NCBI RefSeq assembly: GCF_006345805.1
Contig: NC_043013.1
Coordinates: forward strand, 55,738,001-55,802,000
Length of the DNA: 64,000 nt
Direction of reading: 5' to 3'
From: Octopus sinensis
Taxonomy: Eukaryota
A program made the position numbers and the translations under genes. Under the pieces are notes generated by a model. That model had not been told where the DNA came from. It saw only the letters and a program-made list of their open reading frames with translations, and made no database searches. The first letter of the stretch is position 1; each line of letters starts with the position of its first letter. Below are positions 1 through 12,340 of this stretch, one piece after another.

Positions 1-1344
1 GCAATGATACATTGAGCTGGGCAGTGAGGACAGGATTGGGGAGTGGGAGATAATCATAGGGTACGAAGAGGAAATGGGGAGAAGAGAAGAGATGCAGCTT
101 GGGAAGGGGAGGGGTGTTGTTTGCTTTCAGTGACCAGAACTTCTTTATTCACATGCATCACATGTCCAGACCAACGTACTCTCTTCCCTTGCCCGCTGCA
201 TTTGGTTCAAGGGGCTAAACATCAACAATCACACCTTTCCATATTTTCAAGTTACAAAACCCTAACACACCTATGAGGGGTCTTCCAGCTAATCATTTTC
301 ACCAATTCAACTTTACTCAACAATTCATTTCTTCTTTGTTTCTCTACGAAAACCTTGCTTCTCCCATTCAGTTCCCAGTTTTCTGGTATCAGTTAATAAA
401 GATTCATATTAGCTACACAATTATGTTTAAGCAACTAATGAGCTGATATTAACGATCATTAACAGATTATTACATGGATAACAAGTTCTAGATTCAAAGG
501 AACATCAAAGAATTTGGCAACTCCATGAGTTAGGAATTTCACATCAAACATAAGCCAAAAGGAATTACTGTCAGGCATTTGAACCAAATTTCCTAGTTGA
601 TATCGTTATTTTCCTTATTATTATTATTGTTATTCTTGTTGTTGTTGTTGTTAGTATTATCATCATCATCGTCGTTGTTGTTATCCTCTTCTTTTTGATT
701 ATCATTGTTGTTGTTGTTGTTATTGATGCTCATAGTGTGAAGATGGCTTTTGATTCTCACTTCAAAGTATGACTTATTTTAAGCATTACCCAAGGAAATT
801 CTCTTTGGAGTCCTTGTGAAAGGAACGACAACAGCAGAAGGATGGGCTTCTCTGGAAACCCGGGAGGCAGAGAGGAAAAATGGATTTGTTTCTCAAACTT
901 TTAAACTTATATTTATATGCATTACATTTTCACATCTGAAAATGGCTTCCACACATAATTATGGCACATGAAAGAATACTAAAATGGCAAAGAACACGAA
1001 AAAGAAACTGAAGAACAGAGTGAACAGTTCATAGAAGAAAATCTCCTAAATACGTAATTGGCAACGATAGTAATAAATTCAATAACCACAGTTTCAAATA
1101 TTATGGTGTCTTCTTAGAGTAGCTGAAGAAAAACTACACTTCCCTAAATGAAGAGACAGAATTTTTGGATCAAAGAAAATGAAAGTAATGAGGTGGGCCG
1201 GTGCAGAGTGATGCAGTCGAGAGGTAGGCCCCCAAAATGGCACACATTCTCTCCTGACCCCATATACTTGCTGGCTTCAGGTATGTGGTACTTTCAACTG
1301 GTAGCACTTGCATGTGCCAGTTGTTTGTAAAACAAATATATATA

Positions 1345-1835
1345 TCTACAAAGTTTCGGCCTCAGAGGCAATGACAAGTGAGTGAGACCTTCAGAGACAT
1401 GCTGTGCTTGAGAAGACCTGGCAATCCAAGTGATATCGTAGCAGTGGCCAATGCCAGTGTTGCACAATTGGCCCATTTAAATGTACCCTTCAATCATCGG
1501 GCAGTATGCTGTGCTTGAGAAAACCTTTTGAGTCAAGTGAAATTGTAGTCGCAGCCAATGCCAGTGCTGCCTGACTGGCACCTGTGCTGGTGGAACATAA
1601 AAAGCACCATTTGAGTGTGGTTGATACCAGTGCTGCCTGATTGGCTCCCATGCTGGTGGCACGTAAAAAGCACCCACACTTCTGTTGGAGTGGTTGGCGT
1701 TAGGAAGGGCGTCCACTTGTAGCCACTTGCCCGACTAGATTGAGCCTGGTGCAGCTTCCCGGCTTGCCAGCCCTCAATCAAACTGTCCAACCTATGCCAG
1801 CATGGAAACTGGACGTTAAATGATGATGATGGTGC
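1345..1835 (+). mobile_element. 3' stub of the RTE-clade LINE (3'UTR plus GAT tail)
   Basis: Diverged match to the 3'UTR of the RTE at 61360-63322 (GCTGTGCTTGAGAAGACC, GGTTGGCGTTAGGAAGGGC, CCAACCTATGCCAGCATGGAAACTGGACGTTAAATGATGATG). Confidence 0.8.
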
Positions 1836-2984
1836 ATACATATATAGATATATATGTCACATATATGCAAACCATATACATACTTATATATATATATCAT
1901 AGTGTGTGTGTGTGTGAGTGTGTGTATGTGATCACCATCTAGCGTCTGCTTTCCATGCTGCCATGGGTTGGATGGTAATGAGTGAGCAAGGGCGGTTTCT
2001 GCTGGGGCATGAAGTGGAGGGTGATGATGGTAGTGATACAAGGATGTTCATGTGCTAATGCACAAGTTGATGATGACATCATTTTGAGAATTCACTGGAC
2101 ATGTTGGGCCTAAAGACAAACACCTGCATTGATGAACATGAAAGAGAAGAGCTCATCCAGTTGACAAGACACTGTACATGCAAAACAGATTTTAAAGAAC
2201 GAACTAAATCATGCTTTCAACACTGGTTGTTCATATTTCTGAAAGTTTTAAAATAAAAAGAGAAATTAAAAATTCGATTTTATTTTATAACCATGATATT
2301 ATCATTTCTTTGCCATTTAATTATTTCTAAAATCATATTCAAAATAAATGAAAATCTGCTAACGAATAGATTCTTATGAATTCAAAAAATAAAAATATTC
2401 TGAAGATTATTGGTAGTCTCTTGGTGTATGCATTCTATGACTTTACAGAATAATGTTGAATCAGCATAACTGTCTCATATCCCAGGAGTTTGCCATGCAA
2501 TCAATCAAAAAAGGTATACCTTTATTGTAATGCTCAGGTCTTTGGGGAGAGTTTTTAAGCAGCCTGTGGTATGTTTTTCCTTAACGTAAGGGATATGAGC
2601 ATGTGTGTACTTGAGTCCATGCAAGTTAATAAAATGCATTAATTTTCTTCCTTGGTAGATATAAAACATTATTGGCAATAATAAACTGCTCTGATAGATC
2701 GAGATGATTAATTTCAACATCAGTCATATGGCTAAACAAGTGTTTCTCAGTGCAGATCTATGGACTTGTGGGAGGAAGAGATGCCATGGTGACAAGGAAA
2801 CAGACATCAAAGGAGTAAAATTAAATATAAACCATCTCTTGATGATGGTGAACGATCATCATTTGATAAAAATATAACATCACAGAACTCATAAGGCTGA
2901 CATATGACACAAAGTATCATTTTCCTTCAATAATAATGCATACATACATACATATATACATGCATACATACATACATATATATC

Positions 2985-3372
2985 ATCATCATCATCATCA
3001 TCATCATCATCGTTTAACGTCCGTTTTCCATGCTGGCATGGGTTGGACGGTTCAACCGGGGTCTGTGAAGCCAGAAGGCTGCACCAGGCCCAGTCTGATC
3101 TGGCAGTGTTTCTACAGCTGGATGCCCTTCCTAACGCCAACCACTCCGAGAGTGTAGTGGGTGCTTTTTATGTGCCACCTGCACAGGTGCTAGACGAGGC
3201 TGGCAAACGGCCATGATTGGATGGTGCTTTTTACGTGCCACCGGCATGGAGGCCAATCTGGGCAGCGCTGGCAACGGCCACGTTCGGACGGTTCTCTTAT
3301 GTGCCACCGGCACTTGTATCTCAGCTACAATTTCCATCGATGTTGAAAGATTTCGATTTCGATTTCGATTAT
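2985..3372 (-). mobile_element. 3' stub of the RTE-clade LINE
   Basis: (CAT)n followed by CGTTTAACGTCCGTTTTCCATGCTGGCATGGGTTGGAC, the reverse complement of the RTE 3' end at 63140-63322. Confidence 0.85.
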
Positions 3373-3530
3373 GGGAGAATTCACACAAAAACAAAAGAAG
3401 AAGACAGGTGGTGTAGACAACAAGCAGATGTATTAGTATAACGCTCGGGAAGCGAAAGAGTCTTTAATGTTTCGAGCCAATGTTTTTCCACAGAAAGGAA
3501 CACAGAAAGAAACAAGGAGAGAAAATAAAG
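3373..3530 (-). mobile_element. PLE pLTR-like fragment with decayed hammerhead (second copy at 6790-6910)
   Basis: The two copies share GGGAGAATTCAC...GGTGGTGTA...GATGTATTAGTATAACG. The minus strand of the 6.9-kb copy reads GAGCGTAGGCTC (stem II) followed by a decayed GAAAC-GT. Both abut microsatellites. Confidence 0.5.
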
Positions 3531-3653
3531 AATGTGTACACATATATACAAATATATACATGCATACACAAACACACACATACATACATACATATATATA
3601 CATACATATACAAATATCTATATACATATATACATACACACATATATACATAC

Positions 3654-3743
<90 letters not shown>

Positions 3744-3949
3744 ATTTCGGACTGGTCATTTGCCAGTTTAGCCAATAAAAACACACGCACTATATATTTG
3801 GTGTTACTTTGTTTCAGTGTTATTTATTTTTTACATTAATCTTAATCTTATTTCGTCACACTCCTGTGACCGCATCAGTGGTCCTTTGTTTTCTTCTCAC
3901 TTATTTGTGTCTCTCCTTACTAACCATCAGCCATTTTGACACCACCCCT

Positions 3950-4462
3950 GGAGGTGAACTGCCGTATCGCTTTAGAAGGACCCTAGACAAACTTAAGCTA
4001 AGAATTAAGGTTGTTGAAAAGCCAGGCAACCTTATCAAATCTATAATTGGTAGAACCTATCCTTCTAGTAGAACCCCCTGTACAGATAGGTACTGTACTG
4101 TATGTAGATTTAGCCCACAAACAAACTGTAAAGCCAGAAATGTAGTCTATAGTATAAGATGTATAGAGGGACGATGCAGTAACAAGACAATGACATACAT
4201 AGGGGAAACGGCAAGAAGCATAGGAGAGCGGGTAAATGAGCATTGGAGACAACTCAAAGAAGGTAAAAGCTCATCGATTCTGTACCAACACGCCGAACAG
4301 GAACACGGGGGATCAATCAATAACATAGAAATTAAAATATTATCCACACATAGATCAGATGCAACAATTAGACAAATTACAGAAGCTACACACATAATAG
4401 AAAATAAACCTAGCCTAAATAGAAAACTAGAATGGAGCACTAACACACACCACAACATATGA
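3950..4462 (+). pseudogene. GIY-YIG endonuclease domain (C-terminus of PLE ORF, 5'-truncated)
   Basis: Within ORF 3809..4462: C-x4-C-x2-C linker, then NVVYSIRC...YIGETARSIGERVNEH...IRQITEA...KPSLN. The N-terminal ~45 aa of the listed ORF are just inverted pLTR. Confidence 0.85.
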
Positions 4463-4510
4463 CGATAGAGGATCCTGAAAACATAATAAATACACAGATA
4501 AATAAATAAA

Positions 4511-4579
<69 letters not shown>

Positions 4580-4986
4580 ATATATGTATATATATATATA
4601 TATATATTTTTTTTTTCGATTCAATTTATTATTATTATTACTAGTATTGTTGTTATACATACATACATACATACATACAAGCATATGTAATGATAATAAT
4701 GGGTGGATGTAAACACATGAACAAAATAAGAATAAACAAAAACAACAAAAACAAAAACAAAAAACAAAATACAAAATACAAATTACATGAACATGTAAAA
4801 TTACAAATTACATGAACATATATAAACAGAAGATACAAATATTACAGGCATCCCCCACATACACACACTAAATAGACATAAATGCACATAGAGATATAAG
4901 CATGCGCAAATGAAGACATACAATAGAAATACAAAATGGCTGACAGTTAGTAAGGAGAGACACAAATAAGTGAGAAGAAATCAAAG

Positions 4987-5030
4987 GACCACTGATGCGG
5001 TCACAGGAGTGTGACGAAAGAACTCTGGTC
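4987..5030 (+). ncRNA. Minimal type I hammerhead ribozyme with variant core CUGAUGCG
   Basis: Stem I GACCA/TGGTC, core CTGATGCG, stem II GTCAC-aggagt-GTGAC, then GAAAG-aa-CTC (predicted cleavage after CUC). Confidence 0.7.
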
Positions 5031-5221
5031 GAAATATGATTAAGATTAATGTAAAAAATAAATAACACTGAAGCAAAGTAACACCAAATATATAGTGCGT
5101 GTGTTTTTATTGGCTAAACTGGCAAAATGACCATTCCGAAATATAACAATATCTGTTTCAACACACGACTTCACATAAAAAATCTTGCACAACAAATATT
5201 TAAACGTATATATATATATAC

Positions 5222-5297
<76 letters not shown>

Positions 5298-5456
5298 GCA
5301 TACATGTATATGGTGCACCAATATGACCACAGCTTTAAAGCTGAAACAAGTCTAAAGAGTTACGTATGTATTATAGTATATACAAGGGGATTTGTGACCC
5401 ATTTGTCATTGAAACAGTTATAACCTAGCAAGAAACGCTACACAATACGTCCATCA

Positions 5457-5648
5457 AAAATATGTGTATGTGTTTGTGCTTGCCCCTCAGCATGGTTTGA
5501 AAACTGGTGTTGGTTTGTTTGCAACCCTGTAATTTAGTGGATCAGCCAAGAGAAAAGACCGATAGAATACGTATCAAGCTTTAACAAGGATCAATTTGTT
5601 CCGCAAAACCCTTTCATGACTTAAACAATTAAGAGATAAAAGCTGAAA
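5457..5648 (+). mobile_element. SINE family A, 3' half
   Basis: Diverged match to the 3' half of 43232-43629 (GCTGGTGTGTTT...AAGAGACCGATAGAATAAGTAC). Confidence 0.7.
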
Positions 5649-5651
5649 TAC

Positions 5652-5702
<51 letters not shown>

Positions 5703-5705
<3 letters not shown>

Positions 5706-6112
5706 TCTCTCTTTTACTCTTTTACTTGTTTCAGTCATTTGACTGTGGCCATGCTGGACCACCGCATTTAGTCAAGAAAATTGACCCCAGGACTTATTCT
5801 TTGTAAGCCTAGTACTTATTCTATCAGGCTCTTTTGCTGAACCACTAAGTTACGGGGATGTAAAAACACCAGCATTAGTTGTTAAGCGGTGTTGGGGGGA
5901 CAAACACAGACACACAAACATACACACACATACACACACATACACACATATATATATACATATATACGACGGGCTTCTTTCAGTTTCCATCTACCAAATC
6001 CACTCACAAGGCTATAGTAGAAGACACTTGCCCAAGATGCCACGTAGTGGGACTGAACCCGGAACCATGTGGTTTGTAAGCAAGCTACTTATCACACAGC
6101 CCTCCTGTGCCT
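5703..6112 (-). mobile_element. SINE family A (tRNA-derived head), near full length
   Basis: Minus strand has an A-box-like GGCTGTGTGATAAG, a B-box-like GGTTCAGTCCC, an internal (TA/TG)n, and the tail CAGCATGGCCACAGTCAAATGACTGAAACAAGTAAAAGAG. Confidence 0.85.
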
Positions 6113-6746
6113 ATACATATATTGTGCGTGTGTGTGTGTATACACATATATATCTCTATATCCTTCATTAACGACAAGACCGATCCAATTTAGTCTTTTT
6201 TATCATAGAATGAATTTTCATATATCCGTATCGTTTTTTTGCAATTAATTTGGAAGAATAAAGTTCCTAAATCCACATTAATCTACTCCTGATCTTCACA
6301 GACTCATTTTCAAGTATTGTAACAAATTTGGCATCTGTGTTGCTTCTTATATTTCAGTTGACTTTTTGTAGACTTTTATGTGAAAAATTGTTTCAACGAT
6401 AAGGCTTCCATATCAGCAGTTTCATGTATATTTGTTTCGTTCTGGTCAAATTTATTTTGTCTTACAATTATGATCTGATGTTAGTAACTGTATGTTAATC
6501 TTCTGATGCTTGTTTTATTTGCATGTATATTTTAGTGTTGTGTTATGTGTATGGTTTCCATGATTAATCTATCTCAGTTCTTGAAAATGAAGCTGCAGAA
6601 GTCTGCAAATGCTGGATATAAATTTAGAAACTCTGTTGTTCCAAAATGAATTTGATATGAATATATAACAATCTCTAATAAAAAGACAAAACTGGATTAC
6701 AGTTGTGTCGTTACAGAAACATGTAAAAAAAGTAAAGTTTATATAG

Positions 6747-6792
<46 letters not shown>

Positions 6793-7426
6793 GGAGAATT
6801 CACAAAAAACAAAAGACGAAGATAGGTGGTGTACAAAACAAACAGATGTATTAGTATAACGTTCAGGAATAGAAAAAGACTTTTACATTTTGAGCCTACG
6901 CTCTTTTACATATATATATAGATACATACATAGCATAGTAAGCACCTAAATATGAAAGAATGTGGAAAAAAATAGTTAATTGAATACTGGAGGTAGAGTA
7001 ATATGCTATATTGATAAAACTGCAAAATTATCACAAAAACTGTTACTCAGAGTTTCTCGTTCCCATTTGTCGGACAGTTTTGGTTGAGAATGGAACAAAA
7101 AAGAAGATTGTATGTATAAATATACAATACATTGATAGATACACATTTGAAATTGGTTTTTTTCCATTGGTCCTTTCAACTAACAATCTTTTCAATAACC
7201 AGTTATATGAAATTAAAATTAAAATTACAATTTAAAATCATATTATTCAAAGTTGAAGAAAACCTTAAATCAAAAATTAGCTTTAATAGAAAGGAAAAAA
7301 CCTGTTATACCCAGGGGAAATTAATTAATGGTAAAATAAATTAACATTTATGCCCATTTATAATAAAAATATACATAGAAACAGCATCATAAGAATATAT
7401 TTACATATATTTACCAAAGCACCTAT

Positions 7427-7800
7427 CATCATCATCATCATCATCATCATTGTTTAATGTCTGCTTTCCATGTTGGACGGTTTGATTGGGGACTGGCAAG
7501 CCAGGAGGCTGCAGCAGGCTCCAATCTGATATGGCAATGTTTCTAATGCCTTTCCTAATGCCAACCACTCTGAGAGTGTAGTGGATACTTTTATGTGCCA
7601 CCAGCACAAGGACCAGTCAGGCAGTTCTGGCAATGACCACGCTCAAAAGGTGTATTTTCCATGCTACCTGCATGGGAGCCAGTCCAGTGGCACTGGTAAT
7701 GACCATGATCGAATGCTGTTTTTAACATGCCACTGGCACACGTGCCAGTAAGGCCATCATGTTCAAATGATGCTTTTTACCTATCACCGGTATGGGACTT
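7427..7800 (-). mobile_element. RTE 3' stub nested in the inverted pLTR of PLE B
   Basis: (CAT)n plus RTE tail. It interrupts the segment that is continuous in the 9.7-10.15-kb copy, so it is younger than PLE B. Confidence 0.8.
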
Positions 7801-7870
7801 CTATACTTATGTACACTAAACATACAAATATTGGTAACATGCCTACATACATATACAAACAAATACAGGC

Positions 7871-7907
<37 letters not shown>

Positions 7908-8194
7908 ATAGTAAAAAGGGTAATAAAATAAATTATTATTACCGGTGATCTAGCACAAAAGACAAATTAGCCATTAGGCTATATGTTATTCATATATAAG
8001 TACATTAAAAGGCCTCTAAAAGAAGAAGCGAGTACTAGATACACAAAAATTGGATATATATATACTAATGTATATATAGGTATCTATGTACATATATATA
8101 TACACACATAAAGAGCCTCAGTGTGTATTTCTAAATGTACGACTTAGTTGTTGCAAGTTAGAAAAGGAAAAAGAAGAAGAAATAGAAGAAGAAA

Positions 8195-8975
8195 ATGAGA
8201 AAGGTAAATAAATGCATATCTGCAGACGAGACAGCATTTCAAAATGCCTTGCCATATTATAATAATACATTAAGGAACAGCGGATTCTCAGAGAATATCC
8301 AGCATAGTCAAACTACTTTTAGCAATAATAGAACACACAGAACTAGAACTAGGAAAGTTAAGTCGTTGAACCTGGCATCTGACATTGCTGTAAAATCAAA
8401 TTTAGGTAGAGAATTCTTAAAACTATAGAATTTTTAGTAGGAGAACATTGTAGGTTAGCTATTCTCGTTGCAAAAACTTCACCTTTTTTATTAATCAGCA
8501 CAATACAAAAATCCTTAGAAGGAACCACAGTGTCACATTTCAGAGATCAGACTTGCTGTCCATTAAGAGGGAAATGTTTTGAGAAAGGAATAGTTTATAG
8601 CACTAAAGTACAGATAGATGGCTCACAAGAATACAAAACATACACAGCAGCTTCAGACACTTCCTTCAAGACCAGGTTTTATTCTCACTGAAATTCTTTT
8701 TGATACCCTGAAAATAGGACAGCAACAAGTCTTGCAAAACATGTCTGGCTATTGAAGGAAAATAATGCCCATCCTTTCAATATCAGCTGGACAATTTTGA
8801 AGAAAGCAGCACCATATAAACATGGAGGTGATCAATAAGATGCAAATTGTGCCTCTCTGAGAAACTTTTCATCCTGTTCCAGGGAAATCAGGCATTGAAC
8901 CAAAGATGAGAGCTCTTAAATTCCTGCAGGCATGCTACAAGGTTTAAAATGTCGACTGAAAAAATACCGTATAGG
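8195..8975 (+). pseudogene. Decayed PLE thumb and GIY-YIG remnant
   Basis: Manual translation: KSNLGREFLKL...CCPLRGKCFEKGIVYSTKV...FKTRFYSH*NSF*YPENRTATSLAKHVWLLKE...RCKLCLSEKLFIL...LNQR*ELLNSCRH. Several stops and frameshifts. Confidence 0.8.
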
Positions 8976-10150
8976 TAATTTTTTGACTTTCGAAGATTTT
9001 CAACTTTCTCATTTCAATTTAATTTTTACACCTAACATATAGACATCTTTTAGCATTAAAATGCTGGAACATATTTTGCCTTCATATTTTACATTCGACA
9101 TTTTAAGAAAGCCTTCGACTGTTTTGCAAATTTAAATTTAAGTTTTTTTTCTCATTTTTACTCATTTTCATATTTAAATTTTAAATTTATATTTTTTAAA
9201 ATTTAAATTTTTCAAATTTACGTTACACTTAATTATATAATATCAATTTTCTTGTTTAAATATTCAATGCACCAGTTTTTTTATATATTTGTATGCATAT
9301 ATATGTTATGGTTTATATCTCTATCTTGATGTGAATATATGTATGTAGATATATATATATATATGTTTATTTGTATATTTGTATGGATGTCTACATGTAT
9401 GTATACTATTGTATATATATATGTATTTATGTAGATATGCATGTTTTATTTTTGTGCATTTTTATATGCATGCATTTGATACTGTTTGGGAGTGCCACCT
9501 CCCAAATCCTTTCTCTCCCTCTCTATCTATCTATCAATCTGTTCTTTCTCTTTTTTCTATTTTCCTTTCTTTTTTTTTCTTTCTCCCATCACTTCTTTTC
9601 CTTCTTTTTTTTTCTCCCACAACTTATTATTTTTCTGATTTACTTCTTCTAACTTGCAACAACTAAATTGTGCATTTAGAAATACACACAAAGGCCCATT
9701 ATGTATATACATATGTACGTAGATACTTATATATACATCAGTATACATATTTTGCTTGTATTTGTTTGTATACGTGTGTAGGCATGTTACTAACATTTGT
9801 ATCTTTAGTGTATATATGTATATATAGGTCTTTTGGTATGTGTATAAATAAATGTATATGCATTTTTATGATGTTGGTTCTTTGAATATTTTTATTATAA
9901 ACGGGCATAAATGCTAATTTATTTTACCATTAATTAATTTCCCCTGGGTATAACAGGTTTTTTCCTTTCTATTAAAGCTAATTTTTGATTTAAGGTTTTC
10001 TTCAACTTTGAATAATATGATTTTAAATTGTAATTTTGATTTTAATTTCATATAACTGGTTATTGAAAAGATTGTTAGTTGAAAGGACCAATGGAACAAA
10101 ACCAATTTCAAATGTGTATCAAGCAATGTATTGTGTATTTATACATACAA

Positions 10151-11239
10151 TCTTCTTTATATATATATAAAACTCAATTTGTGTGTCTGTGTGTATCTAT
10201 GTGTGTGTCTGTGTGTTTAACTTCCCGGCACATCTTCTAGCCAACAAATCGTAGAATGACCAAAAATGGGTCACTTAATGTTTAGGCGAATGAAAATTGA
10301 ACTGCGCTATTTCTGTTCCGAAATTCATCTCGCAAGTGCAAAGATTGTTAATGTGTTGTTTAGGCCTTATCCCATGCATTGAATAGTGAACTATACTCAG
10401 TCAGCTGTTTGATGTGAACTGTGTTCACCACGCGTGCAAGCATGCGTAAATTGCATGAAAAATAAAAAATCAAGATATAGAAACGAGTTGCCGTAAACAT
10501 TGTAGAAATTCGACAAAGAAATGAATTTTCGGGATGTAGCCTGGAGGGTCTTTTCGTATTAATCGTTTGGACTTTTTTAACACATACCAATTGTTTTCAT
10601 AACATTTTTAACGCTTTGAATTAAATGTGACCATTTTGCGTTGAGTCTGCAGTTTGAATCACTTTAACCAAATTTTAGTAGGCCGGATTTTTGATCATCA
10701 CAATACATCGCCAGCGACTCCCTGAAACTCTCCCCTGAAATCCCCGTTGCGAAATCTATATATATGAAACTCAACTTGTGTGTCTGTGTGTGTATCTGTG
10801 TGTGTCTGTGTGTTTAACTTTTGGATCTACCAAGTTTCATTATTAAGGATGGAAAGTAGTGTGTAGCAAATCTATATATATATAAAGCTGAAGTTGTCTG
10901 TGTGTGGCAGGTTTGGTAGCCTTCAACTAACACTATCTCTTTTGAGACCAAAATTGAGAGTATGATAGAAGACTTGCTCTTCATTCTGTAGAAGATAAAA
11001 TTCAAATCGGACCATGTTAACACCAAAAATTATTTACATTAGAAAGGTGCTTTTTCCCTATGAAAATCCCTATTTTTTACGATTTTTGACTGCTGTGTCA
11101 TCATTTTCGGTGTATTTCAACTGGAAAAATGTTTACTTGAAGAGAATAACAAGTCGCATAATGCAAAATTTTTACTTTTCAAAAATTCCAATTCTAAAGG
11201 GTCGAAACAAACCCAAGCAACACCGGGTGATACTGCTAG
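10151..11239 (+). mobile_element. Chain of non-autonomous Helitron-like elements
   Basis: Repeated 5' heads TC(TTC)T-ATATATAT-AAA(A/G)CT...TGTGTG at ~10151, 10755 and 10871 (the last two as A|TC). One 3' end, CAACACCGGGTGATACTGCTAG|T, at 11236-11240. Confidence 0.65.
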
Positions 11240-11335
<96 letters not shown>

Positions 11336-11339
11336 CAAA

Positions 11340-11445
11340 CAGATAGATATTTCGTTTTTGGATTTGGTTTGCAAGATTCTTTATGTGAGTTTGTGTGTTG
11401 AAGCATATTCTGTTGTATCTGAGGAGAGTCATTCTCTTTTGGTGC
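11340..11445 (-). mobile_element. pLTR terminus related to PLE A
   Basis: Minus strand TTCAACACACAAACTCACATAAAGAATCTTGCA resembles 5157-5190. It abuts (GATA)n. Confidence 0.55.
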
Positions 11446-12120
11446 CTTATAATTTAACACACTCACTGGTAAAATTTCCACTTATTTGTTTTTTATTTTT
11501 CTAAAATTTTCATTGTGTCTTGCAGCCTTTTCAATAGTTTTGACTCTCAAAGGGGTCAGTATACATCACATAAATTTTATTAACAATAAAGAAAGTAAAG
11601 AGTATGAAGTGTCAGAACCTTATATTTTTGTGCACAGTTATTTAAGTAAGATTTTTCAGATTGAGAGCAGAGATAGAAATTGTCCAAATGAATGCATACA
11701 GTTCTTGAATAGACCTACACTGTTTCAGAAGCAAAACTTTTCAATATTATTCACAGCAAAAGAATCCTGTCAGGCAAACACATGCATAAATTTAGAGAAA
11801 AAGACTTGCATTTAGCTTAGAATGTATGGAGAAAATGAAGTGAAAATAGGTCACATCTTTTAGGGTCTAGAGTCATAAGCTTCTATTTCATTGGTTGAAA
11901 TAATAATAGATTCCTTAATACGCATTAATTTTGCTAATTAGAATCAGTGTTGATTATGATACTAGTCAGGCTTCAACTTCGAATACATACTAGCAATGTA
12001 CATTTTACAAAATACATTACAAGTAAAAATAATGATTTTTTTTTTAATAAAATTGCGCCCAAACTAAGCATTAGCAAAAGCCAAATCTAATTTGCAGGTT
12101 GTATGCTTGAGACACCTGTG

Positions 12121-12340
12121 TTAACCCTTTAACATTCAGCTGAATTTACCAAATCTAATGCTTATTTAACCACATTAAAAAAATTTAATCCTGCATTATC
12201 TGGTAGCTATGAAATTTTGAAGATGTGATTGTTTAATTTTTAGAATGACATTGCTGGGTAGGTGTGAGTGCCCAGATCTGATTAGTTATAGTATAAAGCA
12301 GAATATTTTGGCCAGATATGGTCATTTTAAATGCTGAATA
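12121..12340. mobile_element. TTAA-type (piggyBac-like) MITE, right end decayed
   Basis: Starts TTAACCCTTTAACATTCAG and ends ...TTTAAATGCTGAATAA, a partial inverted match to the left end. Confidence 0.45.

Larger units (their letters stand above)
3737..5210 (+). mobile_element. 5'-truncated Penelope-like element A: inverted partial pLTR, GIY-YIG, 3' pLTR with hammerhead
   Basis: 3737-3950 is the reverse complement of ~4930-5145. It encloses a GIY-YIG frame and is bounded by (TA)n on both sides, the classic inverted-pLTR Penelope layout. Confidence 0.85.
7103..10156 (+). mobile_element. Penelope-like element B (Naiad-like), 5'-truncated, with long inverted pLTR copies
   Basis: 7103-7425, 7800-7870 and ~8050-8140 are the reverse complement of ~9670-10156. 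They enclose a decayed thumb/GIY-YIG frame. Confidence 0.8.

Noticed and set aside
8685-8915. In-frame TGA codons as possible selenocysteine, as reported for some Naiad PLEs
   Set aside because: The TGAs fall at positions expected to be Arg/Lys/Ser rather than Cys and fit CGA-to-TGA decay. The copy also has TAG stops and frameshifts. PLE D has no in-frame TGA.
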